From: Zygnema circumcarinatum SAG 698-1b
Lineage: Eukaryota > Plantae > Zygnematophyceae
Length of the DNA stretch: 64,000 nucleotides
Assembly (NCBI GenBank): GCA_037447605.1
Contig: CM074818.1
Location: 2,244,617 to 2,308,616 of the forward strand
Direction: 5' to 3'
Below the pieces are notes generated by a model. It searched no databases and was not told where the DNA came from. It saw nothing but the letters and a program-made list of their open reading frames with translations. Position numbers and translations under genes: made by a program. Positions 12,601 through 25,206 of the stretch are shown here, piece by piece; positions within the stretch are counted from its first letter, which is position 1, and each line of letters begins with the position of its first letter.

Positions 12601-15600
12601 TGCATTCTGCACAGTGGGGATAGGCGCATAACACTACACCACGGCAAACCACATCCCTTTAGCGTTGGCATAAGGTTGATACTCATATCTGCTTTCAGCT
12701 ATGCAATTGTGGCGGTTAGGAAGGTTACTGCTGTTCATGGTGCGTGTCATAGCGACCGAGGATGTTCATGACCGAAGATCAAAATGGCAGATCACATCTG
12801 GACGTGCTCCCGGTACATTCAGATCACCGAGGATCCACCCTCATTGGATGAGTTAGGGATGTCTTCGGCGACCTTCAAGAGGGTTGCCCCATCGAGAGGG
12901 TGGGGCACACAATCCCTCTTGAGCGACAAAAGCGCCTTGGCGGCGATCTAACGTTAGAGATCCCGAAAAGCGGGGAGAATCTGCGGCGGTTAGCAACTGC
13001 GTGACAGAATTTTGGATAAAACGGTCCAGGCCTTTAGGCGCCCATCTTGATGGATTGGGAAGAAGATGGTTGGTTGGATGTGCATTGATTATCGCGCACT
13101 CAACAAGATCACTGTAAAGAATCGATTTGCTTTACCACGTATCGACGATCTGTTGGATCGTCTTCACGGCGCCAAAGTGTTCACATCACTTGATCTTGCT
13201 TTCGGGGTACCATCGGATCCGTGTTCGCGAATTTGATGTGCTTGGCTGCGTTCCAGGACGCGATTGGTCATTTCAATATAAGGTGTTTGCCACTTTGGAT
13301 TGACTAATGCTCGGCAGCTTTCGGTACATCATAGCAGGCGAGATGTTCGCCGGCATGGGCGGTTGTTTTGGTTTACCTGCGATGATATCCTTGTCTTGAT
13401 GGGCAGAGGATGAACACCTTGAACCGTTAGGAGAAAGTGTTTGAGACCACGAGAAACACAATTTATGCCAAGAGGAAAGTGTCGCTTAAGTACAGAGTTG
13501 CTTTATCTTGGAGCATATTCTCAATGATCGAGGGCCTTAGCCGGCTGATCATAGTTTGTGGTAGAAACTTGGTAAGCCACCGACTTGACTTGCATCGATT
13601 CGCGGTCTTTTTCCCAGGCTTCGCGAATTATTTTCGTAAGTTCATCAAAGGTTTAATGCTTGGTGCAATTGACTAATTTGGCCGCATTCGGTGTCCCCTT
13701 TACATGGGCCCACGAATGCGGGATGCATTGAAGGTGTCGCCGTGCACTATTCACCCTCTCGTTAGCAGACCCAGCCAAACATGAAGTGGTTTGTGATGCT
13801 TAAGGATTCGCTGCCAGATTAGTCTTGTTCGGATAGCCCAACCTTTGGCGTATAGTGTAAGATGAATCCGGCGCTAACTAATGCAGCGGAAACGAGGAAG
13901 CGCTATGATGGTCCACGCCCTGAGGACATGGCGGTCTTTATTTAGAAGCTGGCGGTCCTGTGATCCTTGACCGCGCCGGCGTTCTCTGCGTAGCAGACCA
14001 CGATACGTGTGGCAGCGGCAGTACGAGTTCCTCCAAAGGTTTGGCCCCTTGATGCGGGTTTATGCGGCCGAATTTGAATGTATGAACCAGCTGAGTGGCG
14101 GCCACCGGCATGCTTACTGGATGAATTAAGCTCGTCATTTCGAGTGTTGGTGGAGCGAGATAGCGGTGAGCGGCCAACCCAGTCTCGTCTCCCGGTATGC
14201 TTTGTCGCCGATCCACTCACCGGTGGCCTTGATCGACCCTCTAACTCTCTCGTCTCGAGACGGATGATCCGGGGAGGGTATACTGTGATCCTTTGTTCTG
14301 GATGGCCAAGGTAATGGCTATGGGGACAAAGGAAGTGGTGTCTAGGGCGGATGCAGTACCCGGCCCAGCGGTTGGTCGTGCGAAGGCATGCGGTGACTCG
14401 TGCAGGTGAGTTACATGATCACCGCGTCGCAGGGTCACATGGGGTTAGCGGCCCGTGAGCCTTTGTAGAGTTACGGTGGCACGAACCGAGGGATGTCGGC
14501 GTATGTACTACGGCTTTGTCCAACTTATCCAGCGAAACAAACCCGCCTTGGCGGGGATCCCGGCAGTTGCAACCCTACGCACCTCCTTTAGGAATGGGAT
14601 GGTGTGGGTATGGACTTGATCCTTGAATCTTCACAGCCCACCGATGACTCCGTCACCGTCTTTGTCGATGCGGCTGTGAAGATGGTGCATTTTGCACCAA
14701 GCTCACCCCAAGACGGCGGGGCGGCAGTTGCGGTTGTATGTTGACAAAGTATGGAGCGGCGCGGTAGCTGATCGGTGTGTCACGGCGTGATCACGATTCA
14801 CCGGCCATTTTGGACGGAAGTGCTAAAAAATCGTGGGGACCAAGCGGGCGTTAGTGCACAACTTTCCGCCCCGCAAACCGATGGCGGGGCGGAGCGGGTG
14901 AGCGGGGATCACGGAGAGTTACCTCCGGCGTATGTGGGACCCACCCCGGATGGGTGGACCATTTTCGATGGCGAAATCGCCATCAATAATGCTTTCGAGT
15001 CCATTAGTACCGCCCACTTTCTTCCTACGAACTTTTAGGCGGCCTCCACAAATCCCCACGCAACCAAGGGATCGGCCCACGATCCGTGGAACATGAAGCG
15101 TCCACGAAGCGATCAGCAGAGAGGGGCGGGTGGGACTCAACCTCCCTTGATCGGATCTTTTGTCGACTAATATGCGGCTGCGAGAGGGGAGCCTGGCGAG
15201 ACCACCAGCAGCGGCCCGATCGACAAAAGGCTATCTTGGCCGTCACCGTACCCAACTCACCTTCAACGAAGGCGATGAGGTGTTGCTAAGTACGGCGAAC
15301 TTGAGACTCAAAGCTTATGGCGGAACACGTAAGCTGTGGCCCCGTTTCATCGGACCTTTTAAGGTCGTGAAGCGAATCAATGATGTCGCTTACAGGTTGG
15401 ATTTACCATCCCACATGAAGGTGCATCCGGTCTTTCATGTGGGTTTGCTAAAGGTCTCTTAGTAGCGATGGGAGGATCGACCGCGCCGCGGTGGAGACTT
15501 GAAGGTGGAACTTGAGTATGAGGTTGAAACCATTCCAAGCCGCGTCTTGTGAGAAAATTCGATCTTCAAGATCCGCGAATACCTGGAAGTGAAGTGGTTG

Positions 15601-16531
15601 GGCTATGGGGTTGAACATAGCACATGGGAAGCGGTGGCAACAACGATTGCGAGGAGGCTCATCAACTTTGTCTTTGAGGGCGCGCTTGAGCCGCGGGAGG
15701 CGGCCTTGCTGGGGGTTCGGGCGTCCCAGCACTGCATAACTCCCGGAAAGGGACTTGGCCGGGATTGCTCCGGCCCGAGCCTCCGGTTATCACGTAGAAG
15801 TTAGAAGCCCGGCGTCTTGGATTGAAACTCACAGTGCCTTTCTTACTTACGTGAGCGAGGCGTTCATATTCTCACCGGGGGTAATGTGGCTAACAATTCT
15901 GGTCGCCGGGAGGTATGCCAAGGCGCACCCATCTGAAATCTCTCACCCGGACGGCCAGGCCGAGTAGCCAGGCGTGGGGACCACCGGACGGGGAAGAGGT
16001 CACGGGATCGAGCTCTGAAGGTTACAGGGTTAAATCTGGCCTTGATATCTGAACATATATATGCGGCGCCGCCCGATCATGTCGAGGATCATGGAATCCG
16101 GCGCATCTTTCTGCGTTTTGGAGCGTAACGTCGTCCGTACAATCACGAGATTCACCGTTGAGTACCCGGACGGATACATCGTCCGGACCCAGCGCGTAGG
16201 ATCGACCGTGCACCCGACTTATCTGGCGTAGCGCGCCCGAAATCGCAGCGAAACGACCGTCACGTTAATACGCCGCCGACCAATGCGAGGTGAGAGGGCA
16301 GCAATGGCGATTTGCCATTGAGCGACCACAACTTCCGATCACTCCGTAAGCAGGAGGTTCAGCGGAAGCGTATAGGAAGCGTGGGTATTTGTCGTCGCCG
16401 ACCAGCGATACCGGCATCTGATTGCGGAGTCGAGAACGCTCCCCCTTTCTGGCTTTCTCTCTCTCCCTCTCTTAGTGAACTCACGAAGTGTAATTCAGCG
16501 CCGCGGTGAAGGGGCTAGATTTGATCGTGAC
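9638..16531 (+). mobile_element. Ty3/gypsy chromovirus-type LTR retrotransposon nested in the copia element
   Basis: LTRs at ~9638-10295 and ~15885-16531 both end ggggctagattt...cgtgac. PBS 10298-10309 and gag remnant 11190-11438. [41 protein letters not shown] at 13081-13200, integrase C-terminus KLWPRFIGPFKVVKRINDVAYRLDLPSHMKVHPVFHVGLLK, and chromodomain remnants EYEVETI / KWLGYGVEHSTWE at ~15513-15630. The sequence is indel-rich, so boundaries are approximate. Confidence 0.88.
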
Positions 16532-16632
16532 CTTACCCTCTCTTCGCCCCGGCTTCCCCGGCGGCCGCCTCCACCCGGGTATGCGTCTATAGTACTCGAG
16601 GATTAGGTCCGCGGCACTACGTATGGACCCTT

Positions 16633-19600
16633 TTGGGCATGACCCTTCTCTCTCCCCTAACTCGAACCCTGGGCTTATTGACTTGGGTGTACTTTTCCCA
16701 TTATCTAACTTTTTGTGACTGGTTCTCTCGGCTTTCTCCCCTCCCTCTCCCCATGACCATTTTCTTAGGGGATAACCGCTCCTTGACTGCCACGCATGTC
16801 GGCCAGGTTTCCACTCTAATTGACGGCCAGCGCTTCATCATCGATGACGTCTACCTGGTGGATGGCCTCGCGAAGAATCTGTTTTCAGTAGCCTCCATCC
16901 TGATTTTAGGCATTTCAGCCCTTTTTAGGCCAGATGGGGTCACTTTCTTCACCCCAGAGGCTGTAGTTGGGCACGGCCGCAAAACCGGCCGCTTGTTTTC
17001 CCTTACCTCTTTTGCGGCCTCCCTTGGGCACGCCCATGCTCACACCACTGACCCCCCCCTTACCTTTGCTCGGTGGCACCTCCGCTTTGGCCACCTTGCT
17101 GAAAGTAGCCTCAGAACTCTCGGACAGGGCTTAGTGTTAGGTTTAGACTCTTTCTCTACCGACAAGTTAGACTTTTGTTCAGGCTGTATTCAAGGAAAAA
17201 TGACCAGATTGCCTTTTCCCTCAAGCTCCACCCTTGTCTCTGAGCCTCTGGCACTCATTCATTCTGATGTCTGTGGCCCTATGCGTGATGTTAGCCTCAG
17301 CGGCGCATCATACTTTGTCACTTTCATTGACCAAGCGACTCATTTTTCCCATGTTTTTCCCATCGCTCACAAGTCTGACGTTTTCTCCTGCTTCCAAGAG
17401 TTCCAAGCCCGTGCAGAGACCCTTCTCGGTCGCCGCATCAAGACCCTTCGCACTGATAACGGCGGCGAGTTTATGTCCACCGCCTTCTCCAAATACCTTC
17501 GCCTTCACGGCATCGCCCATCAGACTACCGCTCCCTACACCCCCCAGCAAAATGGAGTCGTCGAGCGCTTTAACCACACCATTCTCGACATGGCTCGCTC
17601 TATGCTTCATTTTGCCGACCTCCCTATGGCCTTCTGGGCGGAAGCCATCTCCACGGCCACTTACCTTCGGAACCTCTTTCCCCACCTCTGTTCTCCCTCA
17701 CAGCACTCCTTACGAGGCCTAGCAGGGCGGCAAGCCCTCCGTCTCCCACCTCCGTATCTTTGGCTGCGAGGCCTGGTACAAAGATCTCGTCCAGTCGTCT
17801 GGCAAATGGGGACCGCGGGCCGTACACGGCATTTTTCTTGGCTACGCGCTTACGTCCAAGGCCTATCGTATCTGGTGTTGTGCGACAAATCGAATTGTAC
17901 TTTTGCGCTAATGTTGCATTTAAAATGAGGCTCCTCCGTCGCGCGGCTCGACTCGCGACCGACCACGGCCGGGACACCCGCCGACTTTCCTCCCGCCCAC
18001 CCAACCTTGCCGCACCGTGTCCCCACCCACGTGACCGTTGGACATCATTCCCCTCCCCCCCCCGCGGCCGCTCCCCCATTGGCCGCCGACATTCCTTTTG
18101 TCCCGCCCCCGGTCGCCGCTCCCCCGTCCCCTCCCTTCGGTGTCTCTGCCCCTCCTCTGCCCCACCCCCCCCCCGCTCCCCCTCCTTGTCCTCTCCGCTC
18201 GACCCTCCCTCTTCTGCTCACAGGAGCTTTCCACTCTACCTGAGCCGGACTGTGACCCTCCCCTCCGCTCACAGGCTCCCCCTCCTCTCCCCCTTGCGCC
18301 CTCCCGGCCTACCCGACTCCCTTCCCTGCCTCACCCGCCGCGGCCTCCCCGCCACCCCGCCCTCCGGCACTCTCCCCTCCGGTTCCCCCCGGCCCTGCCC
18401 CCCGCCACGGCACTCGCGATCGGCGACCCACGTGGAAAATTATCGACACTGCCGCCCATGCCCTCCTCTCCTCCGCCATGGCCTTCATCGCCTCCTCGTC
18501 TGCCCCCCCTACTTTTGCTGCCGCCCTTCGCACCCCTGACGCAGCCCTCTGGAAAGCTGCCGCTGATGCTGAATTCCTCTCCCTTCAGAAAAACAACACC
18601 TGGGACCTTGTCCCCCTCCCACCCGGTCGTCGCGCCATCGGCTCTAAATGGGTATTTAAAATCAAACAAAAATCCGACGGCTCGGTTGACCGCTATAAAG
18701 CCCGTTTTGTAGCCAAGGGGTTCTCTCAGCTTGAAGGCATCGACTTCACCGAAACTTATGCCCGGTGGCCAAATTCACCTCCATTCGCGACCTCCTTGCT
18801 CTCTCCGCCACCCACGATTGGGAAATTCACCAGATGGATGTCAAAACCGCATTCCTCTACGGGGACCTTCAAGAAACGATCTTTATGCGCCAACCCGACG
18901 GGTATGTCACTCCCGGCACCGAACACCTCTTCTGCCGCCTCAACAAATCCATCTACGGCCTCCGGCAAGCACCACGCGTCTGGAACCGCACTTTGGATGC
19001 TGTCCTTCTTGCCAGCGGCTTCACTCGCATCGACGCCGATTTCAGCATCTATCTTCGTGGCCACGGTCAGACCCTCACCATCCTTGCCGTTTACGTTGAT
19101 GACCTCATTATCTGTGGTCCCTCCCTTTCCCCCATTTCGGATGTCAAACAGCTCCTTCGCAGCCATTTTGACATGACGGACCTCGGCGAACTGCAATGGT
19201 GTCTCGGGATTCACGTCATTCGAGATCGGGCTGCTCGGACCCTTCACCTCAGTCAGGAAAAGTATGTTTCCGATCTCCTTGACCGTTTTGGGATGGCCGC
19301 TTGCAACCCCATCTCCACCCCCCTGGACGCCCACATTCACCTTACCTCCCTTGTGGCTGGCTCCCCCGACCCCACGGAGCATGCCACTTACCGATCCATC
19401 GTGGGATCCCTTATGTATGCAATGTTGTGTACCCGGCCCGACCTAGCTGCCGCCGTCGGGCAGCTAAGCCAATACCTTCACCGCCCCTCTTCTGCTCACT
19501 TCAGCGCTGCCAAGCGTGTCCTTCGTTACCTTCAGGGCACCAAGGCCCTGAGCCTTACCTTCTCCTCTGGCTCCCCCACCCTCGTTGGCTATTGTGACTC

Positions 19601-19695
19601 TGACTGGGGCAGTGACCCCGACACAAGGCGTTCGGTTACTGGCTCGTGTTTTTCTCTGGGCAGTGGCCTTATTTCATGGTCCTCTCGGAAGCAGC
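16633..19695 (+). CDS. Copia Pol (protease remnant, GAG-pre-integrase, integrase, RT, start of RNase H) with a few frameshifts
   Basis: Integrase: WHLRFGHL, CSGCIQGK, IHSDVCGP, LRTDNGGEF, PQQNGVVER. RT: KWVFKIK..RYKARFVAKGFSQ, QMDVKTAFL, KSIYGLRQAPRVW, YVDDLII. RNase H: GYCDSDW...RRSVTG...ISWSSRKQ. Integrase before RT is the copia domain order. Confidence 0.95.
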
Positions 19696-20247
19696 NNNNN
19701 NNNNNAGGCTAGTTCCACACTCTTTTGTCGCGTAGCTCTAGCCGCAATGTATATAAAACAGATTAGGACATTGTACACTTTACCACGTTAATCACACATC
19801 TGCCTTTTTGTGTCAACTCTCTCTGTCCTCACTTTGATCGTACAATGTCCACTCCGTCTTTTTCAATAGCACTGGCCCGCCCACAACAGCTCAACCGCGA
19901 ACCGCCACGGCCGGCAGAGGCCGAGGAGGAGGAGAAGGGGGAGGAGGGCGAGGAGGGGGAGGAGGAGGAGGGGAAGGAGGGGAAGGAGGAGGGAGAGGGG
20001 GAGGAGGAGGGAGAGGGGGAGGAGGGAGAGGGGGAGGAGTAGGGGGAGGAGGAGGAGGAGGGAGAGGAGGAGAAGGAGGGGGAGTAGGCCGGGGCGCACA
20101 ACAAGCAGGAGCAGCTGTGGGAGGTACGATACACCCCTCTTCCACCCTCTCTCCCACGCCCGCTCGCTCCCTCGCTCTCTCCCGCACTCACTGTAACTCG
20201 CTCTCTCTCCCTTCCTCCCCCACTCTCCCACAGAGTGTTCTGCCGCC

Positions 20248-23200
20248 ATGGGCATGGAGGAGGCGGGCGCGGTGGGCCTCATGGATTCGGGCGAGAAGCG
20301 GCTCAATGACCTCGGCTACAAGCAGACTCTCCGCCGCGAGCTGGTGCGCCGCGTGACGTGACGCCCCCTTGCTTGCCTTTGCATGGCATTGCATTACATT
20401 GCATGGCATTGCATGTCCGACGAACTGCGGCATGTTGGAACCATGTAGAGCTATGTGATGGCGTTCTGCTACCTCCTCGCCTCCGTGGGGATGCCCTTCA
20501 ACATTCCCGCCCTCTTCGCGCTCGGCTACACGTACGGCGGGCCGGTCACCATGGTGTGGGGATGGCTCGTCGCCTGCTTCTTCACCATGTTCCTCGTCCT
20601 CTCGCTCGCGGAAATTCTCTCCTCGCTGCCCGTGAGTGGCCTTCGGTCCTGCATCCGCCCCGATTCTTGTCTCCCTCCCTCCCTCCCTGCTTGCCTCCCT
20701 CTCTCCCTCTCTGCTTGCCTCCCTCCCTCCCTCCCTCCCTCCCAGCCTTCCTGCTTGCCTCTTTCCCGCCCTCCCTTCCTCCCTTGCCCTTTGTTCGGCC
20801 AGTCAGTCAGTCAGCCATTCAGTCACTCAGTTAATTGCTAGATTGGTCTTGTTCACAATTCACCATTCAACAATTGACTGCTACATTCAACCGACAGTAG
20901 TTCGAAAGTGAGTGATATGGAATGCATGAGGTTGGAGTGTTGAACTGGGTTGAACTGTTTGCGGTGGATCCAGACTTCAGGTGGAATCTACTACCAAGCG
21001 TACCACCTTGGGGGCGAGAAATGGGGGAAAGTCGCATGCTGGTATACGGGGTCAGCTCCGCCCCTTTCCTTTCTGAAATTGCTAACTTTTGAGTTAACTT
21101 AACCAAGTCATATTTTTGGGTTTTCCATGCATGGAGAGAAAGAACAAGCTAATGTTCTTACCTTTCATGTTGCAGATGGTTGAATTGGCTCTCATACTTA
21201 GCCGCCGGAGCAGCCGGAGTATACATTTTTGCTCAGTTTGTTGCTTCCATAATAGGCATGTGCGGCTCATCGTACAGCCCATCTCCTACCGTCCTTTTCG
21301 CTATTGCCTGCGGAAATGCGAGCATTATATTCAGCTTGAACATGATGCCCATCAGATACATTGGCATTCTTGCGGAAGTTGCAACCATTTGGAACGCTCT
21401 ATTGGCCCTCTTTTTCATCATAGCTCTTCCCAGTATTGCCCCCACCCACCAACCAGCTTCCTTCGTTTTTACGGAATTCATCGATAACGGAGAGTTTTTA
21501 GGAATACAGTCGAATGTGTACCTGTTCCTTGTGGGCCTCCTCTTTTCTCAGTTCTCCATTAACGGTTTCGACCTGAACGGACATCTGTCGGAAGAGACTA
21601 AACGGAGCGACTTAACGGCTGCATGGAGCACCGTTCTATCGATGGGCATTAACATGCTTATAGGGTTTGGAATTCTTCTCAGTATGCTTTTCAGGTGAGC
21701 ACTACTCCTCATGCATCTCTCTCTTCCCTCTGTCTGCTCTCTCCTCTCCATTTCTCTTCCCCACCCCCCCTTTCCTTTTGTTTTCTCTCTTTTCTTCCCT
21801 TCTTTCCTTCATCCTTTCTTCCGTTACTAATACTATATACATGCATGAGTCTATCTCACCCCTACGGAGAATGATTTACGTCTTCCTTTTTAAAAATTAG
21901 CTAAATGAGAGAGTAAAATTCTAACCTCCTAACCTTCATATTTTCTGGTTTTTCGATGTGTGGTTCAGTATTCAAGAACCCCTTAATCTGCAAAACCCTG
22001 AGAACGAGACATTGGGTCTGTACCCCGGATCACAAGTCATTTTCGATGCCTTCAAAGCTCGTTTTGGTTCAGGAACGGGCGCAATTATTGTGATTATCTG
22101 CATTTCTTTATGCAATCCAATTTCGCTTGCTTCCGCCGGATGTGGCGTAGTCCGTTTGGTGAGCAATCCTCATCACTTTAGGGTTTTCACAATGCAGGTT
22201 TCTATGGGAACTGGAGCAACTCTTTTGTTTGAAGGAAAAGTCAGTGACTTCTGTCATGCAACGTGCTATTGAAGTGCTGAAAGTGACACTCGACTCCAAT
22301 TTCCAATTCGACTTATGAGATCTCTCTTTCGTCTCCTCCCCTCTTCCGTCTTCGATCTCCCGTTCACTCTCTCTCCCTCTCCTTCAATCTCTCTCTCTCT
22401 CCGTCGCTCTCTCTCTCTCCTTCACTCTCTCTCCCTCACCTCCACTCTCTCTCCATCTCCTTCACTCTCTCTCCATCACCACCACTCTCTCTCCCTCTCC
22501 TTCACACTCTCTCCCTCACCTTCACTCTCCCCACATCCTTCACTCTCCCCCCCTCACCATCACTCTCCCCCTCTCTCCTTCACTCTCCCCCCCCTCTCCT
22601 TCATTGTCCCCCCCTCACCTTCACTCCCCCCCTCCTTCACTCTCCCCCCCTCTCCTTCACTCTCCCCCCCCTCTCCTTCATTCTCCCCCCTCACCTTCAC
22701 TCTCCCCCCCTCACCTTCACTCTCCCCCACTCTCCTTCCCTCTCCCCCCCCTCACCTTCACTCTTCCACCCCTCTCCTTCACTCGCCCCCCCTCTCCTTC
22801 ACTCTGCCCTCCTCTCGTTCACTCTCTCTCCCTCTCCTTCACTCTCTCTTCCTCTCCTTCATTCTCTCTCTCTCTCCTTCACTCTCCCCCCCTCCCCTAC
22901 ACTCCCCCCCCTTCCCCTCCCCTCTCCCGCAGATCTGGGCCATAAGCCGCGATGGAGGCGCCCCCTTCTCCTCCCTCTTTATGCGACTCACTCCCAAGAA
23001 CAAGGTCCCTGTCCCTGCCGTCATCCTCACCACCTTAGGAACGGTCCTATTCCTTTTGCCTGTCATTTGGAGCAAAGTCGCCTTCACAGCCCTCTCTTCC
23101 TTCGGCACCATTGGAATCTATACGGCTTGCGCTATCCCCATTCTTATGAAGCTCACAGTCAGCCGAAACTCCTTTGTGAGGGGCCCATTTCACCTCGGCA

Positions 23201-23427
23201 AGTTCAGCATTCTCGTGAACTGCATTGCCCTTTTGTGGGTCGCTTTTATAGCGGTAGTTTTCTGTCTCCCTACTCTTTTTCCGGTGGAGGGAGACACCTT
23301 GAACTATGCACCGATTGCGCTTGGGGGAGTTTTTATCCTCATCACGATCCCATGGCTGCTTCCAAAAAGAATTTTTGACTTCAAAGGGCCGAGGGGGAAC
23401 TTGAACGACTATGATTTGAAGGAGTGA
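20248..23427 (+). CDS. BAT1: BAT1/GABA-permease-like amino-acid permease (APC superfamily), 6 exons from the ATG at 20248
   Basis: Exons 20248-20343, 20449-20631, 20974-21050, 21176-21694, 21969-22158 and 22933-23427 join in frame through GT-AG introns. Motifs: DSGEKRLNDLGYKQTLRREL, YGGPVTMVWGW, SLAEILSSLPTSGGIYY, GFD..GHLSEETK, WAISRDGGAPFS, GPFHLGKFS, LNYAPIALG. A further in-frame upstream exon may end at 20123. Confidence 0.92.
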
Positions 23428-24667
23428 TTCTTCCTTAGTGGCTGATGGGTTCAGCTTAAAACCCTAAAACCCTGAAAACCCTAGGTACGCAAACCCTAAA
23501 AACCCTAATATAGGCAGGAAGTGTTTACGACTTCCATGGGTAAATTAATTATTAATTTATTTTATTTGAACGACCCAATAGAGACTGAACGGTCCTCTAT
23601 GACAATTGAAATACAGTAATTGTGATTGGGAAGGAGCGGTTGCAGAAATGAGGCGAAAAGTCTCTTTTAGGGTTTGTTCGAAGTATATCCCAAATGAGTT
23701 TCCATTTGTTAATTTATGATAGTGAATTTAACATATAAAACAAGGTTAACACTTTTTATTTATTTATTGACTCAAGGTGCCCTCTCAATTGAGGTCGCTA
23801 AGCCATGGCATGGTGAGGAGGATGAATGCCCGCGGAGCAACAGTTGAACAGTTACAGTTCCGTTACAGTGTCACAGGTCTTCACATGTTTCAAGTCCATC
23901 AAAACCAGCTTGTGGTTCTGGTTTAACGTCTCCGCAGGTTCCCTGATTTGAAAATTGAGTATCTACACAAAAAAAAAAAAAAAAAAAAAAGGAGAACGAG
24001 AAGAACTGTACTATACAACTCTCGTCTAAACTTCTCAGAGGAGAAAAGAAAAGAGGCAAGGGGAGGGAAAGCGAGAGAGAGAGAGGAAGCATTTACAATT
24101 GATGAGTTCCCTATCGAGAAGAGGAAAGCATATTGGCGGCTATAACTGCTTTTCCTTTCGACAATTCTAGGGAAAGATAGAATGAACAATGTGACTCTAC
24201 TGGAACATTCTAATTAGTCTTCTGGCCCCTTCACTTGGATCTATCTCCTCTTTCGCTCCCTCACCTCCCACTTTCTCTTTTATTCCCTCCCTTCGCCTTA
24301 CGCTTCCACTCCCTCTTCTCACGCAGTCTCTCCACTCCCACTCCTGTCCTCCCCAGTTTTTCATCTCCCACTTCTCCCCTTCACTCTCTGATCTCTCTCC
24401 CACTCGATCCTCTCCCTCCCAGCGCCCTTCCGCTCCTCTCAACTCCCCTTGCTCTCCTTCCCCTCCTCTCGTCCTCCATTCGTACCAACCCCCCTAACAT
24501 ACACGGCCCCTAAAATATCCCCTCCCCCACGAGCTCAACTTTTTACAACCAGTCAAAGAAACCAAGTTGACAAGTCGTCGAATCCCTCCACCAACTTTGG
24601 TTCCAAAAAACTCCAATTTTCGTCCCCCCAGAAAATGGCCCAGAATTTTCACCAAAGAATATTACTC

Positions 24668-25109
24668 CTATGCTGTCACCGTACTCATTGCATCTTCCTC
24701 TTCAAAGGAGTTTCCAAACTTGGAGTTCAAGCCGCTATATGCCTCAGTTAGACCGTTCCGTTTATTGGAGCTCCTCTCGTTTAGCCATGAAAAGATGTCG
24801 GCGAAAACTTTGTCAACGACATCGTCGGGCTCTCCAGCAATCAGAGCGTGCCAGCTGTCCGGGTAGAGCTTGAGAGTTTTGTCTTCGCTCGTTGCCTGTT
24901 CGTAGAGAGTCTGACTGATAGCCGGGTCGGTTACAATGTCCGCTTCCCCATGAAGAATAAGAAGAGGTAGTGTTACCTGCACAGACAGAGAGAGCGAGAG
25001 AGAGAGAAGAGAGGAGAGAGAGAGAGAGGCAGGTGTGTGGAAGAAAGGTGAAGCGAGGGGCAGGGAAGACAGACGACGGGAGAGAGAGACGCGGAGGGAA
25101 ACGAGGGAG

Positions 25110-25206
<97 letters not shown>

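Larger units (their letters stand above)
8398..19868 (+). mobile_element. Ty1/copia LTR retrotransposon, near full length, interrupted by a nested gypsy element
   Basis: TSD GCACT at 8393-8397 and 19869-19873. 5' LTR 8398-8708 (TGTTGA...TCAATA) and PBS GGTTATGGGCCC at 8709-8720. Degenerate gag with a zinc-knuckle remnant (DYCKETDCVKD near 9388-9420), then pol at 16633-19695. The 3' LTR portion 19706-19868 matches 8546-8708. Confidence 0.9.

Noticed and set aside
10330-16630. Numerous frameshifts in the gypsy element as programmed frameshifting or ancient decay
   Set aside because: Short clean motifs alternate with dense indels and the LTR copies disagree randomly, which is more consistent with read error. 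Age and coding capacity cannot be judged.
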